Positions 52,857 to 62,207 of a stretch of DNA of 64,000 bases are shown piece by piece (position 1 is the first letter of the stretch; the number at the start of each line of letters is the position of its first letter). The stretch is from assembly GCA_963706595.1 (NCBI GenBank), contig OY970166.1, positions 2,144,001 to 2,208,000 of the forward strand, read 5' to 3'. Source of the stretch: an uncultured cyanobacterium. GTDB taxonomy: Bacteria > Cyanobacteriota > Cyanobacteriia > Cyanobacteriales > Nostocaceae. The notes beneath the pieces were generated by a model, which was not told the origin of the DNA, ran no database searches, and saw only the letters and a list, made by a program, of their open reading frames with translations. The translations under genes were made by a program, and so were the position numbers.

Positions 52857-54257
52857 TTGACTGAAACGAATAATTTCAACTCTACCACCCAAAATATCAC
52901 GCGCAACGAATTACGGGATTTAGTGCGAAATCAGCTACAAATTCTCTTAGAATCGGGGAATTTGCAGGAAGCCAAATCTATTCTCCGACCTGTGCAACCT
53001 GCGGATATTGCTGAGGCCATTGAAGGCTTACCAGAAGCAATGCACGCTTTGGTTTTTCGCTTGCTTCCTAAGACTGAGGCTATCGAGGTGTATGAATATC
53101 TCGACTACAGTGTGCAAGAACATTTAATTGAGGAACTGAAAAGTCAAGATGTGCGTGACATTGTAGATAAAATGTCTCCAGATGACCGCGCTAGGTTATT
53201 TGATGAATTACCAGCCAAAGTTGTCAATCGTTTGTTAGAACAACTCAGTCCCACAGAACGCCAAGCTACAGCTCAACTTTTGGGTTATGAAGCGGGTACG
53301 GCTGGGCGCATCATGACACCGGAGTTAATTTATCTCAAAGAAAATTTTACAGTCACTCAAGCCATAGAGCGAATTCGTAGCCTCGCTAATGTCAGTGAAA
53401 TAATTTATTACCTTTACGTGACTGATACTGCTAGGTGTTTGACGGGAATTGTCTCTTTACGGGAGTTGGTGGTGTCTCAGCCTGAACAAACAATGGGCGA
53501 AATTATGACCCGTGAAGTGGTGTTTGTTCACACAGATACAGACCAAGAAGAAGTCGCTCGATTAATTCAAAGATATGATTTTTTAGCTGTTCCTGTGGTG
53601 GATAAAGAACAGCGTTTAGTAGGTATTGTCACTGTTGATGATGTGATTGATATTTTGCAACAGGAAACCACTGAGGATATCTACGCTTTGGGTGGTGGTG
53701 TGCAGTCTGATGGTGACAACTATTTTCAAATGAGTTTACTGCAAGTAGCTCGCAAGCGCGTAGTGTGGTTGTTTGTCTTATTGATAACCAATACAGTCAC
53801 GGGTACAATTATTAAGTCTCAAGAAGATATTTTAAAACAAGTAGTCATCCTGACGGCGTTTATTCCTTTGCTGACAGGTACTGGTGGGAATGTGGGCGCT
53901 CAGTCTTCTACAGTGGTAATTCGGGGGATGAGTACCGATGAAATCAGATCCCTGAAGATATGGCAGATAATTGGCAGAGAAGCGATCGCCGGGGCGTTTT
54001 TGGGTTTAATGTTAGGTAGCATCGCCACAATCTGGGCTTATTTTCTCCAAGGACGCGCCGAGGTAGCATTTACCGTAGGTATCAGTCTGGTAGCTATTTC
54101 TATTATTGCTTCTGTCTCAGGTTCAGCACTGCCATTTTTATTCCGCGCCCTCCGCTTAGACCCAGCGTTGATGTCAGCACCGTTTATTACTACAGCCGTT
54201 GATGTCCTCGGTGTTTTGATTTACTTTAAGTTGGCACGAGTAATTTTAGGGTTATAG
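52857..54257 (+). CDS. mgtE: Magnesium transporter MgtE
   Basis: MgtE N domain, CBS pair, GTGGNVGAQS, DPALMSAPFITTAVD. Confidence 0.96.
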   Translation: MTETNNFNSTTQNITRNELRDLVRNQLQILLESGNLQEAKSILRPVQPADIAEAIEGLPEAMHALVFRLLPKTEAIEVYEYLDYSVQEHLIEELKSQDVRDIVDKMSPDDRARLFDELPAKVVNRLLEQLSPTERQATAQLLGYEAGTAGRIMTPELIYLKENFTVTQAIERIRSLANVSEIIYYLYVTDTARCLTGIVSLRELVVSQPEQTMGEIMTREVVFVHTDTDQEEVARLIQRYDFLAVPVVDKEQRLVGIVTVDDVIDILQQETTEDIYALGGGVQSDGDNYFQMSLLQVARKRVVWLFVLLITNTVTGTIIKSQEDILKQVVILTAFIPLLTGTGGNVGAQSSTVVIRGMSTDEIRSLKIWQIIGREAIAGAFLGLMLGSIATIWAYFLQGRAEVAFTVGISLVAISIIASVSGSALPFLFRALRLDPALMSAPFITTAVDVLGVLIYFKLARVILGL

Positions 54258-54391
54258 TCCCAAGAGGGAAAGTCAAAAGTCAAAAGTCAAAAGTATTAAA
54301 TTCCCTCGCAACAAATCAAAAGAACAGATTTTTTCTTTGGCTAAAAGCCCTGCTATATAATGAAAAGTCTGCAATCCCGACGCGGAATTTT

Positions 54392-54649
54392 TTACAATTC
54401 TGAAGCTGTCTCTGGTGCAACAATTTCTCCAGTCCCTAATTCTAAGATCATATCCTGATCAGTGATTAATTCATTCAGTTCCTTAACTTGTAAATTCATT
54501 TTTTCACAAGAGTCTCTGAGTTCGCTGGCAAAAGTATTGATATCATCGCCATAGCCACATTGATAAGCAGCAACTTCTATTCCCTGCTTGGCATTTGCTC
54601 TAGCACAATCTACTAATTCTGTGCCAATCAATGGTGTTGGGGATGTCAT
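54392..54649 (-). CDS. Small conserved-looking hypothetical protein
   Basis: 85 aa, LVDCARANAKQG...CGYG; clean ATG start and stop. Confidence 0.7.
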   Translation of the reverse strand: MTSPTPLIGTELVDCARANAKQGIEVAAYQCGYGDDINTFASELRDSCEKMNLQVKELNELITDQDMILELGTGEIVAPETASEL

Positions 54650-54881
54650 AAGCCGTAGTGGTTATTTGTTATTTGTCGTTAGCTAGACTAGCATTTATTT
54701 ACTATTAACGCATCCATCCGATGGCAGAGAAATAAAAATTGGTAATTGTGAAAATGTCATATCCCGATATCTTGAAGATAACAGGATTGTCATTTGTTGC
54801 TAAATAGACCTCTGGTGACAATTAAATATGCGTTTCCTAGAACCCTTGTAGAGACGTTCCATCGAACGTCTCTACATTCTC

Positions 54882-54972
54882 AGGACTTACGCAGAAATTA
54901 CCAAAAGGGTCAATTTAATGAACCGCCAAGTCGCCAAGAACGCCAAGAATTAGGGGAGTGTGCGTAAGTTCT
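54882..54972. mobile_element. Short MITE-like element
   Basis: AGGACTTACGCA / TGCGTAAGTTCT ends; internal CGCCAAG repeats. Confidence 0.55.
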
Positions 54973-55007
54973 AATTCTTTTTCCATGATCATTTCTCAGT
55001 TTTGGCA

Positions 55008-55862
55008 TTAGCCGTTGACTATTGAACCACCATTGGGATGTAATACTTGACCAGTCATATAAGAGGCATCATCGGAAGCTAAAAATACATAACTGGGTGC
55101 AACTTCTTCTGGTTGTCCGGCTCGTTGCATTGGAACTTGTTTGCCGAAAGTTGCAACTTCATCGGCGGGAAAGGTGGAAGGAATTAATGGTGTCCAAATC
55201 GGTCCAGGTGCGACAGCATTAACCCGAATCTCTTTGTTAACTAAATTTTGGGATAAGGAACGAGTAAAGGCGACTATTGCCCCTTTTGTAGAGGAATAAT
55301 CAAGTAATTTGGCATTGCCTTTATAAGCTGTAACTGATGTAGTATTAATGATGGCACTACCTGCTTTTAAATGTTTCATTGCGGCTTTAGTCAGGTAAAA
55401 CATCGAGAAAATATTAGTGCGGAAAGTGCGTTCTAGTTGTTCTTGACTAATTTCCTCAATGTTTTCTTTTGGGTGTTGTTCAGCCGCGTTATTAATCAGA
55501 ATATCGAGTTTACCTAATTGCTCAACGGTTTGTTCTACAGCTTGCTGACAAAAGGTTTCATCGGTAATATCGCCTGCGATCGCCACTACACGCCGCCCTT
55601 GTTTTTCTACCAAATGTTTGGTTTCTTTTGCATCGTCATGTTCCTTCAAGTAAACGATCGCCACATCTGCACCTTCTTTTGCAAAGGCGATCGCCACAGC
55701 CCGACCAATACCACTATCTCCGCCTGTGATTAATGCTACTTTATTATTTAACTTGCCACTACCTTGATACTGGGGGTCATCAGCTTTGGGTTTGGGCTGC
55801 ATTTCTGATTCTTTACCGGGTGGTTTTTGTTCCTGTGGTGGTTGCAAGATTTCTTCTGGCAT
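55008..55862 (-). CDS. SDR oxidoreductase (general stress protein YdaD/YhxC-like)
   Basis: TGGDSGIG, NNAAEQ, YSSTK, VAPGPIWTP. Confidence 0.93.
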   Translation of the reverse strand: MPEEILQPPQEQKPPGKESEMQPKPKADDPQYQGSGKLNNKVALITGGDSGIGRAVAIAFAKEGADVAIVYLKEHDDAKETKHLVEKQGRRVVAIAGDITDETFCQQAVEQTVEQLGKLDILINNAAEQHPKENIEEISQEQLERTFRTNIFSMFYLTKAAMKHLKAGSAIINTTSVTAYKGNAKLLDYSSTKGAIVAFTRSLSQNLVNKEIRVNAVAPGPIWTPLIPSTFPADEVATFGKQVPMQRAGQPEEVAPSYVFLASDDASYMTGQVLHPNGGSIVNG

Positions 55863-56277
55863 CAGATAATTTCCTGTAAATTTATGAATGAAAAAACCAT
55901 TAACAAAATTCTAAAAGTAAACCCTGGATCGATAATTCAATCCAAGGTTTTATTTATGCTTTAACTCCCAACTTACAATTTGTAAGTTCAGGGATTTTTA
56001 CCCCGGATGTAAGCCAAACGTACTAATTGAGGGCAATTGCACGCGACCGACATTTTTATCCTCACACCTGACACACGCTCTTAATCTGACCACTGAAAAC
56101 AAGTACACAACTCTCTTGGAATGTCAGGATTGCTCCTGTTCATCTGCTTTTAATGTAACTATGAAATTAGGGAAGTTTATCATTCTGGAGATGGAAAGAC
56201 AAATTAACTTTTCTCAACCTTAAGACGTAAAATAAACTATTATTAATAAATAATTTGAACGTTAATTTCACTGAATT

Positions 56278-56940
56278 ATGGCTAATCAAACTCTGGGAAT
56301 AGAACCAAAACTATATAACTACTTACTCTCTGTATCTTTACGGGAACCAGAAATCCTGTCTCAACTGCGGGAAGAAACAGCACAGCATCCAATGGGGATG
56401 ATGCAGATTGCACCGGAACAGGGGCAGTTTATGGCTTTGCTGGTGCAATTAATAGGAGCCAAAAAAACTTTAGAGATAGGGGTATTTACGGGTTATAGTT
56501 CCCTAGCTGTGGCTCTAGCGTTACCTCCAGAAGGTCGGGTAGTAGCCTGTGATGTGAGTGAGGAATTTACTGCGATCGCACGTCGTTATTGGCAAGCAGC
56601 CGGGGTAGCGGATAAAATAGACTTACATATAGCCCCAGCAATGGAGACATTAGATCAGTTACTGGCCGCAGGTGAAGCAGAAACCTTTGACTTCGCCTTC
56701 ATTGATGCTGACAAGAGCAATTATGATGGTTATTATGAGCGATCGCTGCAATTAGTCCGTTCGGGTGGATTAATTGTGATTGATAATGTGCTTTGGTCTG
56801 GTAGAGTTGCAGATACCGAAGTTCAAGACAATCGCACTACAAAGATTCGCGCCTTGAATGAGAAATTGCATCAAGATGAGCGCATTAACCTGAGTTTAGT
56901 TCCTATCGCTGATGGTTTAACCCTGGCGCACAAGAAATAA
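56278..56940 (+). CDS. Caffeoyl-CoA-type O-methyltransferase
   Basis: LEIGVFTGYS, FDFAFIDADK, IDNVLWSG. Confidence 0.93.
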   Translation: MANQTLGIEPKLYNYLLSVSLREPEILSQLREETAQHPMGMMQIAPEQGQFMALLVQLIGAKKTLEIGVFTGYSSLAVALALPPEGRVVACDVSEEFTAIARRYWQAAGVADKIDLHIAPAMETLDQLLAAGEAETFDFAFIDADKSNYDGYYERSLQLVRSGGLIVIDNVLWSGRVADTEVQDNRTTKIRALNEKLHQDERINLSLVPIADGLTLAHKK

Positions 56941-56984
56941 TTCCTGTAGAGGTAATTCATGAATTACCTCTATAGCAAAATTTG

Positions 56985-57119
56985 GGCGTTGCTGAATTTG
57001 AATATGAAATTCCAAAAATACATCTCCTCAAGTCTTCTTCTGGTGCGACTCTGCGCCTGGTGCGTGTTAGCGGAGCGGGGCGGAGCAACGGTAAATTCAT
57101 ATCTTAATTAAGCAACGCC
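56985..57119. mobile_element. 135-bp MITE with 8-bp TSD
   Basis: TIR GGCGTTGCTGAATTTGAATATGAA / TTCATATCTTAATTAAGCAACGCC; TSD AAAATTTG at 56977-56984 and 57120-57127. Confidence 0.8.
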
Positions 57120-57216
57120 AAAATTTGTGAATTTTATAGTATTAATAATTACGAGTCATATTATACCATAAAACATGGTATTGTGTAAAATTACTAGTCA
57201 AGTTGTCAGAATTTAT

Positions 57217-57666
57217 ATGGAGAACAGCCAAGTGTTTAGAGTCAATAGTCCTCAAGTTGTCTGTGAAACTATTGATGGAGAAGTGGTAGTTGTCGATCTT
57301 GAGCGGGGTTACTATTACAGTCTGCTAAAAACTGGCGCAGATTTGTGGAGTTGTATCGAGCGTCATCTTCAGCGCGATGACATAATCCAAGAAATTGGAC
57401 AAAAGTATGATGGGACTATCGCAGAGATTACTGAGGCGATTGATGAGTTTCTTGACAAATTGCAACATGAGGGATTAATTGTGGCTGATGCCACTATTAC
57501 ACCTGGGGCTATTAATGAGCAAGAATCAGTTACCAGTAGCGAAAAGCCCAAATTTGAGAAACCGATACTAGAGAAGTTTACAGATATGGAAGATTTGCTG
57601 CTGCTCGATCCGATTCATGAGGTGGATGTAGAAGCTGGATGGCCAAATGTGAAGACGGTTTCATAG
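57217..57666 (+). CDS. PqqD/RRE family protein with C-terminal peptide extension
   Basis: VVCETIDGEVVVVDLERGYYYSLLKTGADLW...FLDKLQHEGLI is a PqqD pattern; tail FEKPILEKFTDMEDLLLLDPIHEVDVEAGWPNVKTVS. Confidence 0.85.
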   Translation: MENSQVFRVNSPQVVCETIDGEVVVVDLERGYYYSLLKTGADLWSCIERHLQRDDIIQEIGQKYDGTIAEITEAIDEFLDKLQHEGLIVADATITPGAINEQESVTSSEKPKFEKPILEKFTDMEDLLLLDPIHEVDVEAGWPNVKTVS

Positions 57667-57690
57667 TGAATACAATATTGTGATTTTACT

Positions 57691-58737
57691 ATGAGTTTAA
57701 ACTGGAGCGATGGCGTAGCCGCCCGCCAAGGGCTTCGCCTGGCTTACTTTGATAGTTATCGATTAAAATTGTCCCACAAACAATTACTCAAAGCCACACT
57801 GTTAAAAGAGCAGGCAATGTTAACGGCTTGGCAAGATTGGCGAGATTCAGTTGATATAGAAACTTTAGATGCTAGTTCCTATTCATTGTTGCCACAACTT
57901 TACCAAAACTTATTAGCTCATAAAGTTGATGACGCTGATATGGCAAGGCTAAAGGGGATCTATCGTCGCCATTGGTATGCTAATCAATTGCAACTCAAAT
58001 CGCTGACAGCAATATTGTCTAGTTTAAAGGATATTGGCATTGAGGCGATTGTGCTGGGAGATGCCGCTTGGGGTGGGATAGGTAAAAATCAAATTGAGAA
58101 TTACCGCCCAATTTATAGCTTCCATCTCTTGCTTGATGGCAATTATTTAGAGACAGCAATCGAGCATTTGCTCTCGCTAAATTGGCATAGTGTTGATGGT
58201 AGTACCCAACAATTTAGGGAATTACGCCACAATTGTGATTCATCGCTGAATTTACGGCTTTATTTGCAAGGACATCTGTTTTGGGCAATTCCCCAAGACT
58301 ATACAGATGGGCAGGTGTGGCATTATGCAACTGCGGATTGGAGCCATGAAGCTGGTTGGCGGCTGAGTGCAACGGATCAGTTCCTGGATGGATGCGCGCG
58401 AATGTTTTTTAGACGACTAACGCCTAAATCATCGAATCCACAGATACACAGGATTGCAGATGCTTTGGTGTTAATTGCGAATCTCCCAAACAACGATTGG
58501 ATCAGGTTGATCACACAAGCACAGCGATATCAAATGATCTTGCCTGTGCGGAATATGTTGCAGCTTTTGCAGCAGTTATTTTCAGTAGAATTACCAACGT
58601 GGGTATTACCGGCTCTCTGGCAAATGCCGATCGCCAATACGGAGTGGCTAAAATATCGAGTTTTAGATGGCGATCGCCGTTCTCTGATGCGTTCAACCAT
58701 TGTGCAATCGCTACAACTGTTGACTCTTTCAAAGTAA
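57691..58737 (+). CDS. Nucleotidyltransferase-like protein (NTP_transf_5-type, degenerate)
   Basis: LLPQLYQNL, RLKGIYRRHWYANQ, GIEAIVLG; the canonical DxD is not visible. Confidence 0.6.
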   Translation: MSLNWSDGVAARQGLRLAYFDSYRLKLSHKQLLKATLLKEQAMLTAWQDWRDSVDIETLDASSYSLLPQLYQNLLAHKVDDADMARLKGIYRRHWYANQLQLKSLTAILSSLKDIGIEAIVLGDAAWGGIGKNQIENYRPIYSFHLLLDGNYLETAIEHLLSLNWHSVDGSTQQFRELRHNCDSSLNLRLYLQGHLFWAIPQDYTDGQVWHYATADWSHEAGWRLSATDQFLDGCARMFFRRLTPKSSNPQIHRIADALVLIANLPNNDWIRLITQAQRYQMILPVRNMLQLLQQLFSVELPTWVLPALWQMPIANTEWLKYRVLDGDRRSLMRSTIVQSLQLLTLSK

Positions 58738-58758
58738 TTGTTTCTTAACTAGATTCCA

Positions 58759-59865
58759 GTGATTTTTATGTATCCTAACCCTGATCTGAGTATTGCTCAG
58801 AGCGATCGCCTTGCTTATTTCCAACTGGTATATACAGGCTTTGAAAGAGCTGCTCAGATTGCCAGTGAGGTACAGTATTATTATGCAATTGGTAAGTATA
58901 AGATATGTCTGAGGTTTGCAGGGGAAGGGTTAATTCCCCAGATTACCCCTGCATTGTCTCATCTCTCTATAGCCCCAGTTCCCCAGCCTGATCTAACTAT
59001 TTGCCTATGGGATAATACCTCAACTAAAACACAATTGCCATTATTAATTGATAGTCTATTAACTCTGATTCGACTGCATTGGACAGATTATCTCGGTCCA
59101 CGCAAAGAGATCAAAGCCTATGATGGCGATCGCATTCGCAGCAATTTTCATATTGGTCCCAACATTCTCAGCGTACTAGATCGAGAGCAAAATTTAGCTT
59201 GTTATTGGATTGACAATGCTGAAGATATTCCTTATTGGGAAAAAGGTTCACCCCTGCAAACCATCTTAAATTGGTGGACAAGCGATCATCGCCAACATCA
59301 ATATGTTCACGCAGGTGCGATCGGTAATCCTGATGGGGGTGTTTTGTTAGCGGGAAAAGGCGGATCTGGCAAATCTTCCACTGCGCTTACCTGTATCAAT
59401 AGTTCGCTGCTCTATGCCAGTGATGATTATTGTTTAGTCACCAGTGATCCTCAACCCTATGTTTATAGCCTCTACAACACCGCCAAATTAAAAGGACAAG
59501 CGGATCTAGAACGATTTCCCCATTTAGCGGATCTCGTTGATAATTGCGATCGCTTAGAGAATGAAAAAGCAATGCTATTTTTGCATCAACATCATCCTCA
59601 AAAAGTCGTACAAGGATTTCCCATCAAAGCGGTGCTAGTGCCTCAAATCACAGGGAAACTAGATACCCATATCCGTCCTATGAGTGCAGGAGCAGCCTTG
59701 CGCGCCCTAGCCCCTAGTACCATCTTTCAATTAGCTGGTAGTGGACAAACAGCATTACAAATCATGTCAAGTTTGGTCAAACAGGTTCCTTGCTATGTTT
59801 TGGAACTTGGCACAGATATGGTACAAATTCCCGATGTAATTCAACGTCTGCTATCGCAAATATAA
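58759..59865 (+). CDS. HPr kinase-like P-loop kinase
   Basis: VHAGAI, GVLLAGKGGSGKSS Walker A, SDDY. Confidence 0.82.
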   Translation: MIFMYPNPDLSIAQSDRLAYFQLVYTGFERAAQIASEVQYYYAIGKYKICLRFAGEGLIPQITPALSHLSIAPVPQPDLTICLWDNTSTKTQLPLLIDSLLTLIRLHWTDYLGPRKEIKAYDGDRIRSNFHIGPNILSVLDREQNLACYWIDNAEDIPYWEKGSPLQTILNWWTSDHRQHQYVHAGAIGNPDGGVLLAGKGGSGKSSTALTCINSSLLYASDDYCLVTSDPQPYVYSLYNTAKLKGQADLERFPHLADLVDNCDRLENEKAMLFLHQHHPQKVVQGFPIKAVLVPQITGKLDTHIRPMSAGAALRALAPSTIFQLAGSGQTALQIMSSLVKQVPCYVLELGTDMVQIPDVIQRLLSQI

Positions 59866-59896
59866 ATCTGGGAAACTTAAAACAGGAGTCGATCAC

Positions 59897-60314
59897 ATGG
59901 GATATCTCCGGCGAAAAATGATTGAGGGATTAACTCGATTTGTGCCGACAATTCTTCCTCCCCAAAGGCAATACTATAACGAAACCAATAATGATCGATG
60001 GATTTGTGAATATGTCTTTCCCAATAAACGGGATGGTTATTTCTTAGAAGTTGGAGCAGGTGCTGCTCAAAAAATATCATGCTCCTCAAGTGATTGATTA
60101 TGCTGCTTTTGATATTGAGGGCAGTGAGTTGGATGTTTTAGAAGTTTTTCCCTTTGAGCCTTATGTCTTTCTAGCTCTGAGTTTGGAATGTGATGGTTCT
60201 ATCCGTTTACCCATTTCTCAGTTATTAGAATCCAATGGCTATCGACGCGCTAAAAATCCATTTAATCGGGATAAACCTTGGGAAATGTATTGGTTACATC
60301 AGAGTGTTTACTAG
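59897..60314 (+). pseudogene. FkbM-family methyltransferase with internal deletion and frameshift
   Basis: N part ...DGYFLEVGA and C part ...VIDYAAFDIEGSE...LESNGY overlap at TTGGAGCAGG (60051-60060); the middle is missing. Confidence 0.75.
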
Positions 60315-60392
60315 TTTGGTTACTCTTAAACATCTGTGAGCAGATTTTTGGTATCATCTTGAGGTTTTTATCCTAACAGTTTTTGGGCATTA

Positions 60393-61085
60393 ATGAATAA
60401 CTTACCTTTAGTAACTGTGATTATCCCTGTCTATAATTACGCTAATTATATAGCCGCAACACTTGACAGTGTATTTGCTCAAACCTATCGCCCAATTGAA
60501 GTCATTGTTGTGGATGATGGTTCAACAGATAACAGTGCGGAAATTGTGCGTGGTTATCCAGAAGTACAGTATTTTTATCAATCAAATCAAGGTGTGTCAG
60601 TTGCTCGCAATGTGGCGATCGCTGCTGCTAAAGGTGAATTTATCGCATTTTTGGATGCAGATGATCTCTGGAAACCTGAGAAACTCAGTCTTCAAATTGC
60701 CTATATGCAGGAAAATCCTGATATTGGGATCACAGGTACAAAATCGATAAATTTTTTAGAATCAGATACTCAACTTCCCCCTTGGCTAAGAGATAAGCCC
60801 CATTGGGAAGAGGTGAGAGAGATCCTTCCCAGCACAATCGTGGTTCACAAATCTGTTTTTAGTCAAATCGGGGTATTCTCTCCTGATTATCGTGCCAGCG
60901 AGGATACAGAATGGCAATGGCGAGCCAAAGATGCAAATATATCCATCTTTAATATCAATGAAATCCTGACATTAAGACGATTTCAGGGTTCTAATCTATC
61001 GTGGGAGATGAAAGTAACTCAGAAATCTCGGATGTTGAGAATTATCAAGGAATCCATCGCTCGTAAATCGACCCAAGCTCGATGA
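60393..61085 (+). CDS. GT2 glycosyltransferase (tandem copy 1)
   Basis: VIIPVYN, VVDDGSTD, FLDADD, SEDTEW. Confidence 0.92.
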   Translation: MNNLPLVTVIIPVYNYANYIAATLDSVFAQTYRPIEVIVVDDGSTDNSAEIVRGYPEVQYFYQSNQGVSVARNVAIAAAKGEFIAFLDADDLWKPEKLSLQIAYMQENPDIGITGTKSINFLESDTQLPPWLRDKPHWEEVREILPSTIVVHKSVFSQIGVFSPDYRASEDTEWQWRAKDANISIFNINEILTLRRFQGSNLSWEMKVTQKSRMLRIIKESIARKSTQAR

Positions 61086-61179
61086 GCTAATCTATTTTAT
61101 TCATTCATAGAATTAAACACCTTTCAACAGATTTTCGGCATTATCTTCAGGTTCGTATCCTAATAGTTTTTGGGTATTA

Positions 61180-61872
61180 ATGAATAATTTACCTTTAGTG
61201 ACCGTTGTTATCCCTGTTTATAACTCTGCTAAGTTTTTGGCAGCAGCACTTGACAGTGTATTTGCTCAAACCTATCGCCCAATCGAAGTCATTGTTGTGG
61301 ATGATGGTTCAACAGATAACAGTGCGGAAATTGTGCGTGATTATCCAAAAGTACAGTATTTTTATCAATCAAATCAAGGTGTGTCAGTTGCTCGCAATGT
61401 GGCGATCGCTGCTGCAAAGGGTGAATTTATCGCATTTTTGGATGCAGATGATCTTTGGAAACCTGAGAAACTCAGTCTTCAGATTGCCTATATGCTGGAA
61501 AATCCTGATATTGGGATCACAGGTACAAAGGCGATAAATTTCTTAGAGTCAGATACTCAACTTCCCCCTTGGCTGAGAGATGATCCCAATTGGGAAGAGG
61601 AAAAAGTGATGATTCCTAGCACAATGGTGGTTCACAAATCTGTTTTTAGTCAAGTTGGAGATTTTTCTCCTGATTATCGTGCCAGCCAGGATACAGAATG
61701 GTTATGGCGAGCCAAAGATGCAAAGATCCCCATGTTTAATATCAATGAAATTCTGACATTAAGACGATTTCACGGCTCTAATGTATCATGGCTGATGGCA
61801 GGAACTCACAAATCTCGGATGTTGAGAATTATCAAGGACTCCATCGCTCGTCAATCGCAGCAATCTCGATGA
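61180..61872 (+). CDS. GT2 glycosyltransferase (tandem copy 2)
   Basis: Same 230-aa length and largely identical to copy 1; 787-bp period. Confidence 0.92.
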   Translation: MNNLPLVTVVIPVYNSAKFLAAALDSVFAQTYRPIEVIVVDDGSTDNSAEIVRDYPKVQYFYQSNQGVSVARNVAIAAAKGEFIAFLDADDLWKPEKLSLQIAYMLENPDIGITGTKAINFLESDTQLPPWLRDDPNWEEEKVMIPSTMVVHKSVFSQVGDFSPDYRASQDTEWLWRAKDAKIPMFNINEILTLRRFHGSNVSWLMAGTHKSRMLRIIKDSIARQSQQSR

Positions 61873-61899
61873 GCTAATCTATTTTATCCATGCAAAGAA

Positions 61900-62207
61900 T
61901 TAAACATCTATGAGCAGATTTTCGGCATTATCTTCAGGTTCGTATCCTAACAGTTTTTGGGCATTGCTGATATCCCAATAGCGGCGCGTGTTGCCAGAAA
62001 CTCCATAAAAAATTTGAAAACCAAGATTGTCATGCTCTAGCGATCGCCTAACTATTTGTGCTAAATCTCTAGGGCTACACCAATTTGATAATATCCGATC
62101 ATTGGGAGCATAAACTTTCGGTTCGGTTTTAAACCAGCCAATCCGCAAACAGATCACCGTCATCCCATAGCGATCGCCAAAATATTGTCCTAAAGCTTCA
62201 CCTAAAA
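61900..62207 (-). pseudogene. C-terminal remnant of an NAD-dependent epimerase/uronate dehydrogenase-like protein
   Basis: LGEALGQYFGDRYGMTVICLRIG...SPRDL...YGVSGN...LGYEPED; no Rossmann N-terminus. Confidence 0.75.

Noticed and set aside
55870..56270. Short Cys-containing ORFs or an sRNA between the SDR and OMT genes as a RiPP precursor
   Set aside because: Only 20-30 codon ORFs with no leader motif or clear RBS, on the opposite strand and separated from the RRE cluster.
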